Shown here: positions 54,637 to 62,988 of the stretch, piece by piece
Layout: every line of letters begins with the position of its first letter
Numbering within the stretch: the stretch's first letter is position 1
Translations under genes and position numbers: made by a program
Notes under the pieces: generated by a model
The model's input: only the letters and a program-made list of their open reading frames with translations
What the model was told of the DNA's origin: nothing
Database searches by the model: none
Virus record (IMG/VR): IMGVR_UViG_2754412319_000001
Coordinates: 1 to 64,000 of that record
Length of the DNA: 64,000 bases
Origin: a virus
Taxonomy: Duplodnaviria; Caudoviricetes
Reading direction: 5' to 3' (one strand)

Positions 54637-55539
54637 ATGGCCAAACAACAGTATGAAGACAAGCGGTTCAAGCAGTCGACCCTCGAATTAATCGCGATTA
54701 TCAACGACATCGTTGACGAGTATCAAAGACAAGGTTACGTCCTGACAACTCGACAGCTGTATTACCAGCTCGTCGCGCGCGACATCATCCCGAACAACCT
54801 TCAGGAATATAAGCGAGCCGCGTCGATCATCAACGACGGCAAGCTCGCAGGCTTGATCGACTGGGACATGCTCGAAGACCGGACGCGTGCGTTCATCCGA
54901 CGCTCGCGCTGGACGTCGCCGACGTCGATCATCGACGCCTGTGCGAACCAGTACCATCAGGATCTCTGGATTGGACAGTCGCGCCGTGTGTTCGTCATCG
55001 TCGAGAAGGAAGCACTGGTCGGCGTGCTCGAACGCGTCTGCCATCGCTACGACACGCCGCTGCTCGCCGCGCGTGGCTACCCCTCGTCAACCGTGCTGCG
55101 TGAGTTCGCGTTGAGCGACATCATCCCGGCGATGCGCGAAGGCCAGCGTGGTCTCATCCTTCACCTGGGCGATCATGACCCGAGCGGAATCGACATGACG
55201 CGCGATCTGCTCGAACGCCTCCGCATGTTTGGGGGCCACTCGTTCGAGCTGAAGCGCATCGCGCTCAACATGGCGCAGGTGGAAGAGCTGGACCCGCCTG
55301 AGAACCCGGCAAAGTCTTCCGATGCTCGGTTCAAGTCGTACCTCGACCAGTATGGCGAATCGAGCTGGGAACTCGACGCGTTGCCCCCGCAGTATCTCGA
55401 CCAACTCGTGTCGTCGCACATCGACGCGGTCATCGATCGCGGCGCATGGGACGTTAATAAGAAGATCATCGAAGACGCGAAGATGATGATCGGCAAGGCA
55501 TCGAGCTACATCTCGGACGGTTGCCCTGACTATGAGTGA
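54637..55539 (+). CDS. Spo11/TopoVI-A/JetD-like winged-helix + Toprim protein
   Basis: TTRQLYYQLV (WH Tyr motif), VIVEKEAL (Toprim E), ARGYPS, LGDHDPSG (DxD), ELDAL. Confidence 0.8.
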   Translation: MAKQQYEDKRFKQSTLELIAIINDIVDEYQRQGYVLTTRQLYYQLVARDIIPNNLQEYKRAASIINDGKLAGLIDWDMLEDRTRAFIRRSRWTSPTSIIDACANQYHQDLWIGQSRRVFVIVEKEALVGVLERVCHRYDTPLLAARGYPSSTVLREFALSDIIPAMREGQRGLILHLGDHDPSGIDMTRDLLERLRMFGGHSFELKRIALNMAQVEELDPPENPAKSSDARFKSYLDQYGESSWELDALPPQYLDQLVSSHIDAVIDRGAWDVNKKIIEDAKMMIGKASSYISDGCPDYE

Positions 55540-56128
55540 GATCGTCGATCTTAAAGTCGAGCTGGAAGAGCTGATCGCACGTATCAAGGACCGTATCGAG
55601 AACTTCGGCCAGTCCGACGCGTGCTGGCCGTGGAAGGGTGCCAAGACGAAGGCTGGTCCCCGCTTGAAGATGGCGCGTACAAGCGATATGGTTCCCTTCT
55701 ACCAGCCTGCCGTCGTGACCTCGTACGGGCTTGTGAAGATCGGCAAGGGAAGGCGAAAGGTGGTCCACAAGATCGTCTACGAGTGGGCCACCCCCGACGT
55801 TGCCAAGTCCGACAGGTACAGGCTCGTGAACGAATGCGGCAACACGCTGTGCTGCAACTACACGCACTGGCGTTTCATCGACAACGGCCCGCCGACGCAT
55901 ACGGAAGGGGAAGGCACCCCGGACGCGAAGGCCGTGCTGAAAGAAGCATGTGTCGAGCTGCTGGAATCCATGCTCGCGGTGACTCAACCTCGTTCCTTAC
56001 CGGACGTGATGAACCACCCGTACATGGTCGATTTTCAACCCGAGCTGATAAAGGAGGTACTACGTGACATCGGAAAAGGGCACCTTGTTGAATCCGCCGC
56101 AGGTGATACAGGTCCAGCATCTGGATGA
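55532..56128 (+). CDS. HNH/His-Me finger-like protein, possibly degenerate
   Basis: CWPWKG..YG..VHKIVYEW..VNECGNTLCCNYTHW; the usual H of the vxHxC motif is absent. Confidence 0.55.
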   Translation: MSEIVDLKVELEELIARIKDRIENFGQSDACWPWKGAKTKAGPRLKMARTSDMVPFYQPAVVTSYGLVKIGKGRRKVVHKIVYEWATPDVAKSDRYRLVNECGNTLCCNYTHWRFIDNGPPTHTEGEGTPDAKAVLKEACVELLESMLAVTQPRSLPDVMNHPYMVDFQPELIKEVLRDIGKGHLVESAAGDTGPASG

Positions 56129-56279
56129 CCACATGGAACCGAAGTATTTCACCCATGAACGCGTGCTCGATGCGTGGGTGCGTACCATGAGGACGCTGGA
56201 GAAACTGCGCGTCATCAAGACCTTCTTCGTCCTGCCGGTCGGCTACATCCCGGAAGGCGCGAAGATCGAGATGCGATAG
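56064..56279 (+). CDS. Small hypothetical protein
   Basis: 71 aa with GGAGG RBS. Confidence 0.5.
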   Translation: MTSEKGTLLNPPQVIQVQHLDDHMEPKYFTHERVLDAWVRTMRTLEKLRVIKTFFVLPVGYIPEGAKIEMR

Positions 56280-56579
56280 ATGGAAGTCATCGTCTATCGC
56301 GCCGAGAGCGGCAAGTTGCGCGACGTCGTTGACGTCGCGCTCGTTGTGCTCCTTCAGGTCGACATCAACGCCTTCGTCGACCTGAAGGAGAAGTACCTGC
56401 CACACGGGCTGAAGCAGGCGATACGCATGCCTGATCACCCGTTTTGGCAGGACGAAGGATTGCGGATGTGGGAGGAGATAAAAACCCTTGTCAACGCACG
56501 TCTCGATCCTGGATACTGGTTCGGGCAATCGCTGGAGACGCCCGCTGAAGTTGGAATCTTCCGTACGGAATCAGAATGA
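56280..56579 (+). CDS. Hypothetical protein
   Basis: 99 aa. Confidence 0.6.
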   Translation: MEVIVYRAESGKLRDVVDVALVVLLQVDINAFVDLKEKYLPHGLKQAIRMPDHPFWQDEGLRMWEEIKTLVNARLDPGYWFGQSLETPAEVGIFRTESE

Positions 56580-56842
56580 ACACCACCACCACTGAGGCAA
56601 GACCTCACCCGCTGGCCAATGTCCCCAAAGCAGTCGACGCACTGATCAAGACCGGAGAAGCGCTCCGAAAATTCGCGAACGTGAAGGTCGCCGACGACCA
56701 CGGCAAGGAATCCCCGATTTCGCGCGACACGTGGTACTCGGCCGTCGCGAACACGATCAACTCCGGCCTGCTGGACAAGAAGCAGATCGCGCGTCTGAAG
56801 CGCCTGCGTGATGAACTCCGTCGCACGAAGGTGAAGGCATGA
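56576..56842 (+). CDS. Hypothetical protein
   Basis: 88 aa starting MNTTTT. Confidence 0.6.
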   Translation: MNTTTTEARPHPLANVPKAVDALIKTGEALRKFANVKVADDHGKESPISRDTWYSAVANTINSGLLDKKQIARLKRLRDELRRTKVKA

Positions 56843-57048
56843 GTCAATCACCACTGGCTCGCAACCTCGCGATCGTCGCCGCGGCACACGAAGCCGCCGA
56901 GAACGATCGGATGCGCCGGGAATTCGAGCAGCACGAATGGCTCGAAGGCCTGTCCCTCGAACGCGACCCGAAGGACGACGGGTACATCAACTCTGAAGTG
57001 CACCGCTACTGGACCTTCTGGCGCGACGGGTGGAGGGCAGCGACGTGA
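56839..57048 (+). CDS. Small hypothetical protein
   Basis: 69 aa; Y...VHRYW.FWRDGW phage motif. Confidence 0.6.
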   Translation: MSQSPLARNLAIVAAAHEAAENDRMRREFEQHEWLEGLSLERDPKDDGYINSEVHRYWTFWRDGWRAAT

Positions 57049-57308
57049 TGACTCCCGTCAAGACTGCGCGCACGACCCACGACCTTGGCCGGCCGGCAGG
57101 CTGGAGCGAGGAGCGCGATGGTAAGTGCATGTCGCTACCCGTCGTGCGCGACAACGAGCAGAACGTCTGGATGTCTTACTGGCAACCGAGTCAGGAGGAT
57201 GTCGAGAAGCTGCGCAACGGCGCGATGATCAAGCTGACCGTGTTCGGAATCGGTCAACCGCCGGTTGCAATCGAAGTACCGGAAGAAATCGTGCTGTATG
57301 CAGGCTGA
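57048..57308 (+). CDS. Small hypothetical protein
   Basis: 86 aa; CMSLPV..SYWQPS.E....L.NG..IKLTV.G..QPPV. Confidence 0.65.
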   Translation: MTPVKTARTTHDLGRPAGWSEERDGKCMSLPVVRDNEQNVWMSYWQPSQEDVEKLRNGAMIKLTVFGIGQPPVAIEVPEEIVLYAG

Positions 57309-57424
57309 GCAGTAAAGCCTCGCGGTAAGCGTGTCACCACCACGCATCCCGTAAAGGCTCACCGTAGTAGAGCGGGTGCCACCACCACCTGAACATAAAC
57401 CTTCAATCTATAAGAGATCGAAAC

Positions 57425-57652
57425 ATGAAATCTGGCTACACGTCTGTGACCTCGTCGCAGATCTCCGCATTCGCCTATAACGAACAAGATCAGCGGCTCA
57501 ACATCGTCTTCGTCAAGAACGGCGACGAGTACCAGTACAGCAACGTACCGAAGGAAGTCGTCGACCAGCTGGTCGCGGCCGACTCGTTCGGTTCGGCCTT
57601 CAGCGGCCTCATCAAGAAGCACCCGACCCGTTTCCCCTACATGAAAGTCTGA
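57425..57652 (+). CDS. KTSC-domain protein
   Basis: VTSSQISAFAYN....LNIVF..G.EYQY.NVP......LV.ADS.GS.F...IK. Confidence 0.9.
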   Translation: MKSGYTSVTSSQISAFAYNEQDQRLNIVFVKNGDEYQYSNVPKEVVDQLVAADSFGSAFSGLIKKHPTRFPYMKV

Positions 57653-57660
57653 GCCTTGCG

Positions 57661-58065
57661 ATGACGAAGGAGGAACGCGATCAACAGATCGCGGATCTCT
57701 ACGTCGACGGCAAGTCGGCCTCGGCTCTCGCTCGTGATTTCGCTCTGTCGATTCCGTCGATCAGGGCGATCATCGCAGCCAAGGGGGTCAAGGCGTCTCA
57801 GCGGAAGAAGGTAGAGAACGCTGAACAACAGGGACAACCTGTCAGGCGCACGCTTGGCCGCACTCATGAGCGGCTTGGCGAAACGCTTGCGTTCAGCAGA
57901 GCGATCGAACTCAAACACACCCGAAAGGAAGCATCCGAACGGCTTGGTTGGACCGTTCATAAGGTCGCGGCCGTCGAGACCGGACGTTACGAAGTGACGC
58001 TGACGGATCTCATGGACCTTTCGGGATACACGAAGAAGCACGTCGGCGAATTGATACGGCTATGA
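57661..58065 (+). CDS. Regulator with two HTH domains (C-terminal XRE-type)
   Basis: LYVDGKSASALARDFALSIPSIRAII and HTRKEASERLGWTVHKVAAVETGRYEVTLTDL. Confidence 0.75.
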   Translation: MTKEERDQQIADLYVDGKSASALARDFALSIPSIRAIIAAKGVKASQRKKVENAEQQGQPVRRTLGRTHERLGETLAFSRAIELKHTRKEASERLGWTVHKVAAVETGRYEVTLTDLMDLSGYTKKHVGELIRL

Positions 58066-58790
58066 AGGACCAACACAACGAGGAAGCAGACCACAAGATC
58101 GAAGTACGGACGTACGGAATCCACTGGAACGCTGAAGGCGTTGCGTACCTGCATCAAGGTCGCAACGCATCGAACTTCCTGTCGCTCAAGGCACCGTCCC
58201 CCTACGCGGTGGTGCCGGCGCGCAGGCTTGCATGCAATCACCTTTTCCCCGTGAGCGCGGCTGTTCCGGACCCGACGCACTGGAAGCAATTTCAGGCGCT
58301 GGCTCGGGACCCGCTGGTCAAGGCCATGCTGCCGATCCCGAAGGCAGATGGCGAGGCCGGGGTGTTCGTGATGGAGGACACGAACGATGAGATGACGCTG
58401 ACGCTGCTCACGCTCTCGCGCATGAGCAGTCCGATTCAGCCGATCGTGCGACCAATCTGGCACTTCTCGCCGAGCGACATCAGTGCCGAGCTGGAGCGTA
58501 CCAATGTCCAGCCGCTGGTGCTGACGCAGGCGAACCCGAAGTACCAGAAGGTCGTCGACACCATCATCGACCAGTCGGTCTATATGCCGCGCCGCGTGAT
58601 CATCACCGGCACGTACGACGTGGTGGCCCGTAAGCCCGCCCAGCGGCTCAAGACGGGCCTGCTGGCCGGCGAGGAGGGGCTGATAGTGTCGCTGCCGCTC
58701 GAAAGCCTTGGCGTGGCCGTATTGCGGCGCTATGCGCGTCGCGAGGACATGCTTTCCGATCTACCGAATGCCCGAGGGAGGGCCGCATGA
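58062..58790 (+). CDS. Hypothetical protein
   Basis: 242 aa, ATGA overlap. Confidence 0.65.
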   Translation: MKDQHNEEADHKIEVRTYGIHWNAEGVAYLHQGRNASNFLSLKAPSPYAVVPARRLACNHLFPVSAAVPDPTHWKQFQALARDPLVKAMLPIPKADGEAGVFVMEDTNDEMTLTLLTLSRMSSPIQPIVRPIWHFSPSDISAELERTNVQPLVLTQANPKYQKVVDTIIDQSVYMPRRVIITGTYDVVARKPAQRLKTGLLAGEEGLIVSLPLESLGVAVLRRYARREDMLSDLPNARGRAA

Positions 58791-59137
58791 GTACCGCAGT
58801 CGAACTTCGGACGCAGATCGAGCGTCGGACCCAGGTCGACACCACGTTCCGCTGGCGTGACCGCCACGGCGACAAGCACGATCCGGCGAAGATGGAGACC
58901 CGTCACGTCTTCAACACCCTGAAGATGATCTGGAACAACACGGTGCCGGCGTATTACCGCGTCGGCCGCAATGTTCGTCTGTACAGCTTCGGACCTTCGT
59001 ACACGAAGGAGTACATGATCAAGGCGGTGTACCAGCTCGGTCACGAGCTGACGAAGCGCACGCTTACCAGCGAGCAAATGAGCCTGCTGAGCAAGATGCA
59101 CTCGTACTTCACGAGCGTGTCGGGGTTGCTGACCTGA
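58787..59137 (+). CDS. Hypothetical protein
   Basis: 116 aa; W....G......KMETRHVFNTLKM motif. Confidence 0.65.
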   Translation: MSTAVELRTQIERRTQVDTTFRWRDRHGDKHDPAKMETRHVFNTLKMIWNNTVPAYYRVGRNVRLYSFGPSYTKEYMIKAVYQLGHELTKRTLTSEQMSLLSKMHSYFTSVSGLLT

Positions 59138-59141
59138 TGCC

Positions 59142-59309
59142 TTACGTGCCCGTCTGCTGAAGAACGATATGACCGCGCTTCCCGATGTTGATGAGCTTGT
59201 TGCGTCGGCCGCAGTGCGGGCAAAACACGTAGATGCCGAACGAGTCGATTCCGACTTTTTCGGCATCGAATGGAAATTCCAGATGGCACTTGATGCAAAG
59301 CCAATTCAT
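59142..59309 (-). CDS. Small zinc-ribbon protein, counter-oriented
   Basis: MNWLCIKC..FCPHCGRRN (two CxxC pairs); GGAGGT RBS on the minus strand. Confidence 0.6.
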   Translation of the reverse strand: MNWLCIKCHLEFPFDAEKVGIDSFGIYVFCPHCGRRNKLINIGKRGHIVLQQTGT

Positions 59310-59341
59310 GACGACCTCCTGAACGGAGTGTAGGAACCGAA

Positions 59342-59629
59342 ATGAACGATAGGACAACCCTGGAGGAATGCAAGGTACTCCACGTCGGACAAGTGTGGCG
59401 CGCGAAGCGTCCTTCAAACGCGAACGGCTTCGTGAATGACAGGGTGATCATTCACATCAACTTCCTCGGCGCAATCACATACGACGGCCCTGCTGTTGGG
59501 ATTGGACGACGCTATCCGATCGTGACCCGTGAGACATTTGAGAAGTGGGCAGGCCGACAGGTCAAAGACGAACTGCCCGAGAACGAGTGGCAACGTTGGG
59601 ATTTTCGAGACAGGAGCAGGAACAAGTGA
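59342..59629 (+). CDS. Hypothetical protein
   Basis: 95 aa. Confidence 0.55.
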   Translation: MNDRTTLEECKVLHVGQVWRAKRPSNANGFVNDRVIIHINFLGAITYDGPAVGIGRRYPIVTRETFEKWAGRQVKDELPENEWQRWDFRDRSRNK

Positions 59630-61071
59630 TGATCGAGAAGAAAGTCCCGCGCGAGCACCAGATTGCGGATCTCGCCTTCTACATCATGACGCCGCGCTGC
59701 ATGAACTTGTCCGACCCGGCGACGCAGAAGACTGGCTCTGCTTGCATGTACACGCAGTACCTGTGGGACGAGCTGGGCTTCAAGTCGTACTTCGTCATGC
59801 CGATGTCGCTCCTGCGCAAGAACAAGGACGAACTGCTGGAATTCACGAACTTCCATCCTAGTGAGATCCAGATCATCGACGGCGAGGCGAAAAGGCGCGA
59901 GCGTCAGATGCGCAACGAAGACGCGAAGGTGTTCATCATGGGGTTCCAGCGTTTCTCCGACGACTGGCAGCGGTTGAAGCAATGGCACCCCCAGCTGAAC
60001 GCCGCGATCTTCGACGAGTGGCACCTTGGCTACTCGGGCCACGACTCGGGACGCACGCAGAACATGTACATCGCGATGCGCAGCATCGAGCGCTTCATGG
60101 CCATGACCGGCACGATCATCAAGGGCACGCTCGCGAGCGCGTACCCTGCGCTTCAGGTGATCGAGCCGCGCTTCTACGGCACGTACGGCGCGTTCCTGGC
60201 ACAGCACCGGCTTCAGGACGAGTATGGCACGACGATCGGGTGGCACAACCACCAGAGACTCGGCCAGATCCTTCAGCACGTGGCCGTGCGCCACACGTTC
60301 GAGGAAGTCCACGGTCCCGAAGCGAAGGTCATCGTCACCGAACTGTGCGACATGTCGCCGAAGCAGCGCAAGGCGTACGAGGAGATGGAGCAAATGGCGC
60401 TCGTCGAGCTGGAAGACGAGTTTCTTGAAGGCCAGTCGCCTGCCGTCAACGCTATGCGCTGCCGGCAGATCATGGCCCATCCTGAGACCTTCGGGTTGGC
60501 CAAGGGCGAAACGACCGGCAAGGACGAGCGCCTGAAGATCCACTTCGCGGACGCGGTCGTGTCCGGGGAACCGATCGCGGTGTTCGCCGCGCTCGTCCCC
60601 GAGCAGGAACGCATCGTCGCGATCGCGAAGTCGATGGGCCTGCGAACGGCGTTGATCAACGGCCACGTGTCGTCGACGCAGCGCGCGCGAATCGACGAGG
60701 CGTTTCGCCGCGGCGATCTCGACTGCGTGGTGGCATCGCCGGATACGGCTGGTGTCGGCTTCAACTGGCACCATCTCGAAACGATGGTCTTCACGTCGCT
60801 CAACTACATGGACGACTCATTCGTGCAGGCCTATCGCCGAGGCATCCGTGGCAAGCGCGCGCGACCGCTGCGGATCTACGTGCTGGAGTACCGCGATTCG
60901 ATCGACCAGCGGATCATGCAGATCATCGAGAACAAGTCGCGTGATGCAAACCTCGTCGACCCGACGAAGGAAGTCTTCAGGTTGTCGGAACAGCGCCGCC
61001 AGCAGGAAGAGGAGATGTTCGATTCAACCAAGGCCACCGATCGCAAGATCTCGATGGCTGAGTTCGCGTAA
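59629..61071 (+). CDS. SF2 (SNF2-like) DNA helicase/translocase
   Basis: IFDEWH (DExH), MTGT, INGHVS..R.RID..F, AGVGFNW, QAYRR; motif I reads DPATQKT. Confidence 0.85.
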   Translation: MIEKKVPREHQIADLAFYIMTPRCMNLSDPATQKTGSACMYTQYLWDELGFKSYFVMPMSLLRKNKDELLEFTNFHPSEIQIIDGEAKRRERQMRNEDAKVFIMGFQRFSDDWQRLKQWHPQLNAAIFDEWHLGYSGHDSGRTQNMYIAMRSIERFMAMTGTIIKGTLASAYPALQVIEPRFYGTYGAFLAQHRLQDEYGTTIGWHNHQRLGQILQHVAVRHTFEEVHGPEAKVIVTELCDMSPKQRKAYEEMEQMALVELEDEFLEGQSPAVNAMRCRQIMAHPETFGLAKGETTGKDERLKIHFADAVVSGEPIAVFAALVPEQERIVAIAKSMGLRTALINGHVSSTQRARIDEAFRRGDLDCVVASPDTAGVGFNWHHLETMVFTSLNYMDDSFVQAYRRGIRGKRARPLRIYVLEYRDSIDQRIMQIIENKSRDANLVDPTKEVFRLSEQRRQQEEEMFDSTKATDRKISMAEFA

Positions 61072-61216
61072 GGAGGACGCGGTCTATCGTATAGAACCGG
61101 ATTGTGTAGTTAGTAGGACGAAGGTACGATTCCAACTCCTCGACGTGTCCACCACCACGGCGAGAGAACAGAAGCATAAACAGACGCATAAACAGCTAAC
61201 ATTTGAAGGAAAACAT

Positions 61217-61930
61217 ATGGACCCGATCCAAGCAGCAATGCAGCGCGCCAAGGAAGCAGCGGCTGGCGCCGTCGCAAACGCAGCAGCTAGTGCAGCAGCC
61301 GCGCCCACCACCGGCACGGCAGTCGCAGCAGTCGGTGCGTCGGGCGGTGCAGTCGCAGTCCCCGGCCAGAAGCTCTCGATGGAGCAGCTGATGTCGGCGG
61401 GCATGGCGGTCGATCTCTGGATCAAGCCGAAGGAATTCGGTCTCCAGATCGGCGCAAGCGCGAAGCTCGTGCAGTCGTTCGAGGCAGTTATCGACATGAC
61501 GGAAGGCACGGGCTTCATGGTCAAGATGTCGATCAAGGCCGGCAACCCGGCGCAATACTGGTCGACGTACGACGGCGTCACGAGCGACAAGGGCATCCCC
61601 TGGTCCGAGGCGCAAGCCAAGGCCATCTCGCTCGACGCGAAGGCCCGCGCGTACCGCAGTGCCGACGTGCCGATGATCCTGACGGCCGACATCGTCTCCG
61701 CGGACGGTGAAGTGCTGGCCAAGGCTGGTCAGCGCGTGGGTTACGCGACGTCGACGACCAACTGGCGCGCGTGGCAGGACTTCTACCAGAAGGTCATGGA
61801 AGCGAACGCTGGTGGCCAGCGCGTGGACGTGAAGGTTGGCTTCCAACGGATGACCAACAAGAACAACAACGCGTGGGGCATCATGACCTGGGAATACCAG
61901 GGCATCGAAGCGGAAGCCGAGATGGCGTAA
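61217..61930 (+). CDS. Putative ssDNA-binding/replication protein
   Basis: 237 aa lying between helicase and exonuclease; acidic C-tail EAEAEMA; followed by a terminator. Assigned mainly by position. Confidence 0.45.
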   Translation: MDPIQAAMQRAKEAAAGAVANAAASAAAAPTTGTAVAAVGASGGAVAVPGQKLSMEQLMSAGMAVDLWIKPKEFGLQIGASAKLVQSFEAVIDMTEGTGFMVKMSIKAGNPAQYWSTYDGVTSDKGIPWSEAQAKAISLDAKARAYRSADVPMILTADIVSADGEVLAKAGQRVGYATSTTNWRAWQDFYQKVMEANAGGQRVDVKVGFQRMTNKNNNAWGIMTWEYQGIEAEAEMA

Positions 61931-61947
61931 GCCACAAGCTGTACGGA

Positions 61948-61978
61948 AAGCCGCGAGTCAAAAGCTCGCGGCTTTTTT
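61948..61978 (+). terminator. Rho-independent terminator
   Basis: AAAGCCGCGAG..CTCGCGGCTTT plus T tail. Confidence 0.8.
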
Positions 61979-61997
61979 CATGTCCTGCGAGGTCATC

Positions 61998-62774
61998 ATG
62001 GGTTTGCATTTCATCGACGGAAACAACCGTTTCCGCACCATCTTCGAAACCAGCGGCTCGATTCGCAACGTGCTGGTCGACATGAAGATGCTGCCGATGT
62101 TCGACACCATCATATGGGTTTGGGACGGACACGGCGCGAAGGATCGACGCCGCGCGCTCTATCCCGGATACAAGGTCGGCCGGCAAAGCGCCGTAGACGA
62201 GTTCTACAAGACGATGGATCTGTTCAAGCAGGTGCTGCGCTTCACGCGCTGCATGTCGCTTGAGATCCCCACGTGGGAAGCAGACGACGTTATCGCCACG
62301 CTGCATCGTCTCTACAAAGACCAGACGGACTCGATCACCATCCATTCGACTGACGGCGACTATCTCGCGCTGTGCGACGGCAAGCACACGAAGCTCGAAG
62401 GGCGCGACAAGGTCGAGTACGCCAACACCGACTTTACCGAAGTGCGCCTGTACAAGACGCTCGTCGGCGACAAGTCCGACAAGATCACCGGCATCCCCGG
62501 TTTCGGCGACGTGGCGTGGGAGCACTGCGACCGCGAACGCTGGATGCAGTTCTTCACCGAGGGCTACGTGCCCTGTTGGGATAGTGAAGCCGGTTCCTTC
62601 AACCTCGGCAAGAAGCCGCTGGCGTGGGTGAAGGAAAACGAAGCAGCACTGAAAGGCATGTGGGAGATCACGGGCTTCTACGAAGTTGACCCGGACCTGA
62701 TCGCGAAGCACCTGGTTGTCGGCCAGCACGACGACAAAGCGATCAACCACATCCTCTCAGATTTCATGATGTGA
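61998..62774 (+). CDS. 5'-3' exonuclease / flap endonuclease (T4 RNase H, T5 D15 type)
   Basis: FIDGNN, VWDG, RRALYPGYK, EADDVIA, STDGDY, LVGDKSD.I.GIPGFG. Confidence 0.92.
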   Translation: MGLHFIDGNNRFRTIFETSGSIRNVLVDMKMLPMFDTIIWVWDGHGAKDRRRALYPGYKVGRQSAVDEFYKTMDLFKQVLRFTRCMSLEIPTWEADDVIATLHRLYKDQTDSITIHSTDGDYLALCDGKHTKLEGRDKVEYANTDFTEVRLYKTLVGDKSDKITGIPGFGDVAWEHCDRERWMQFFTEGYVPCWDSEAGSFNLGKKPLAWVKENEAALKGMWEITGFYEVDPDLIAKHLVVGQHDDKAINHILSDFMM

Positions 62775-62796
62775 CCACCACCACAAGGATCAAAAC

Positions 62797-62985
62797 ATGG
62801 CCTCTGCTGAACGTATTCAGCTGCTCGTCATTCAAGACGAGATTTCGAAGCTCCCCGAAGACGATCGCACGAAGATCGACGGCATCGCCGCCCAGTTCCG
62901 GGCGATGCTCGATGCGGAACCGACTCACGCGATGATGGCACTCGCGCTGGTCGGTGCCGAAGCCGCTGACAAAGTGTCGGGGTAA
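62797..62985 (+). CDS. Small hypothetical protein
   Basis: 62 aa with AAGGA RBS. Confidence 0.6.
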   Translation: MASAERIQLLVIQDEISKLPEDDRTKIDGIAAQFRAMLDAEPTHAMMALALVGAEAADKVSG

Positions 62986-62988
62986 GCG

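Noticed and set aside
748-62784. (ACC)n/GTGGTGG as an E. coli-type Chi site
   Set aside because: It does not match GCTGGTGG, and its polarity follows transcription and clusters at start codons rather than following replication.
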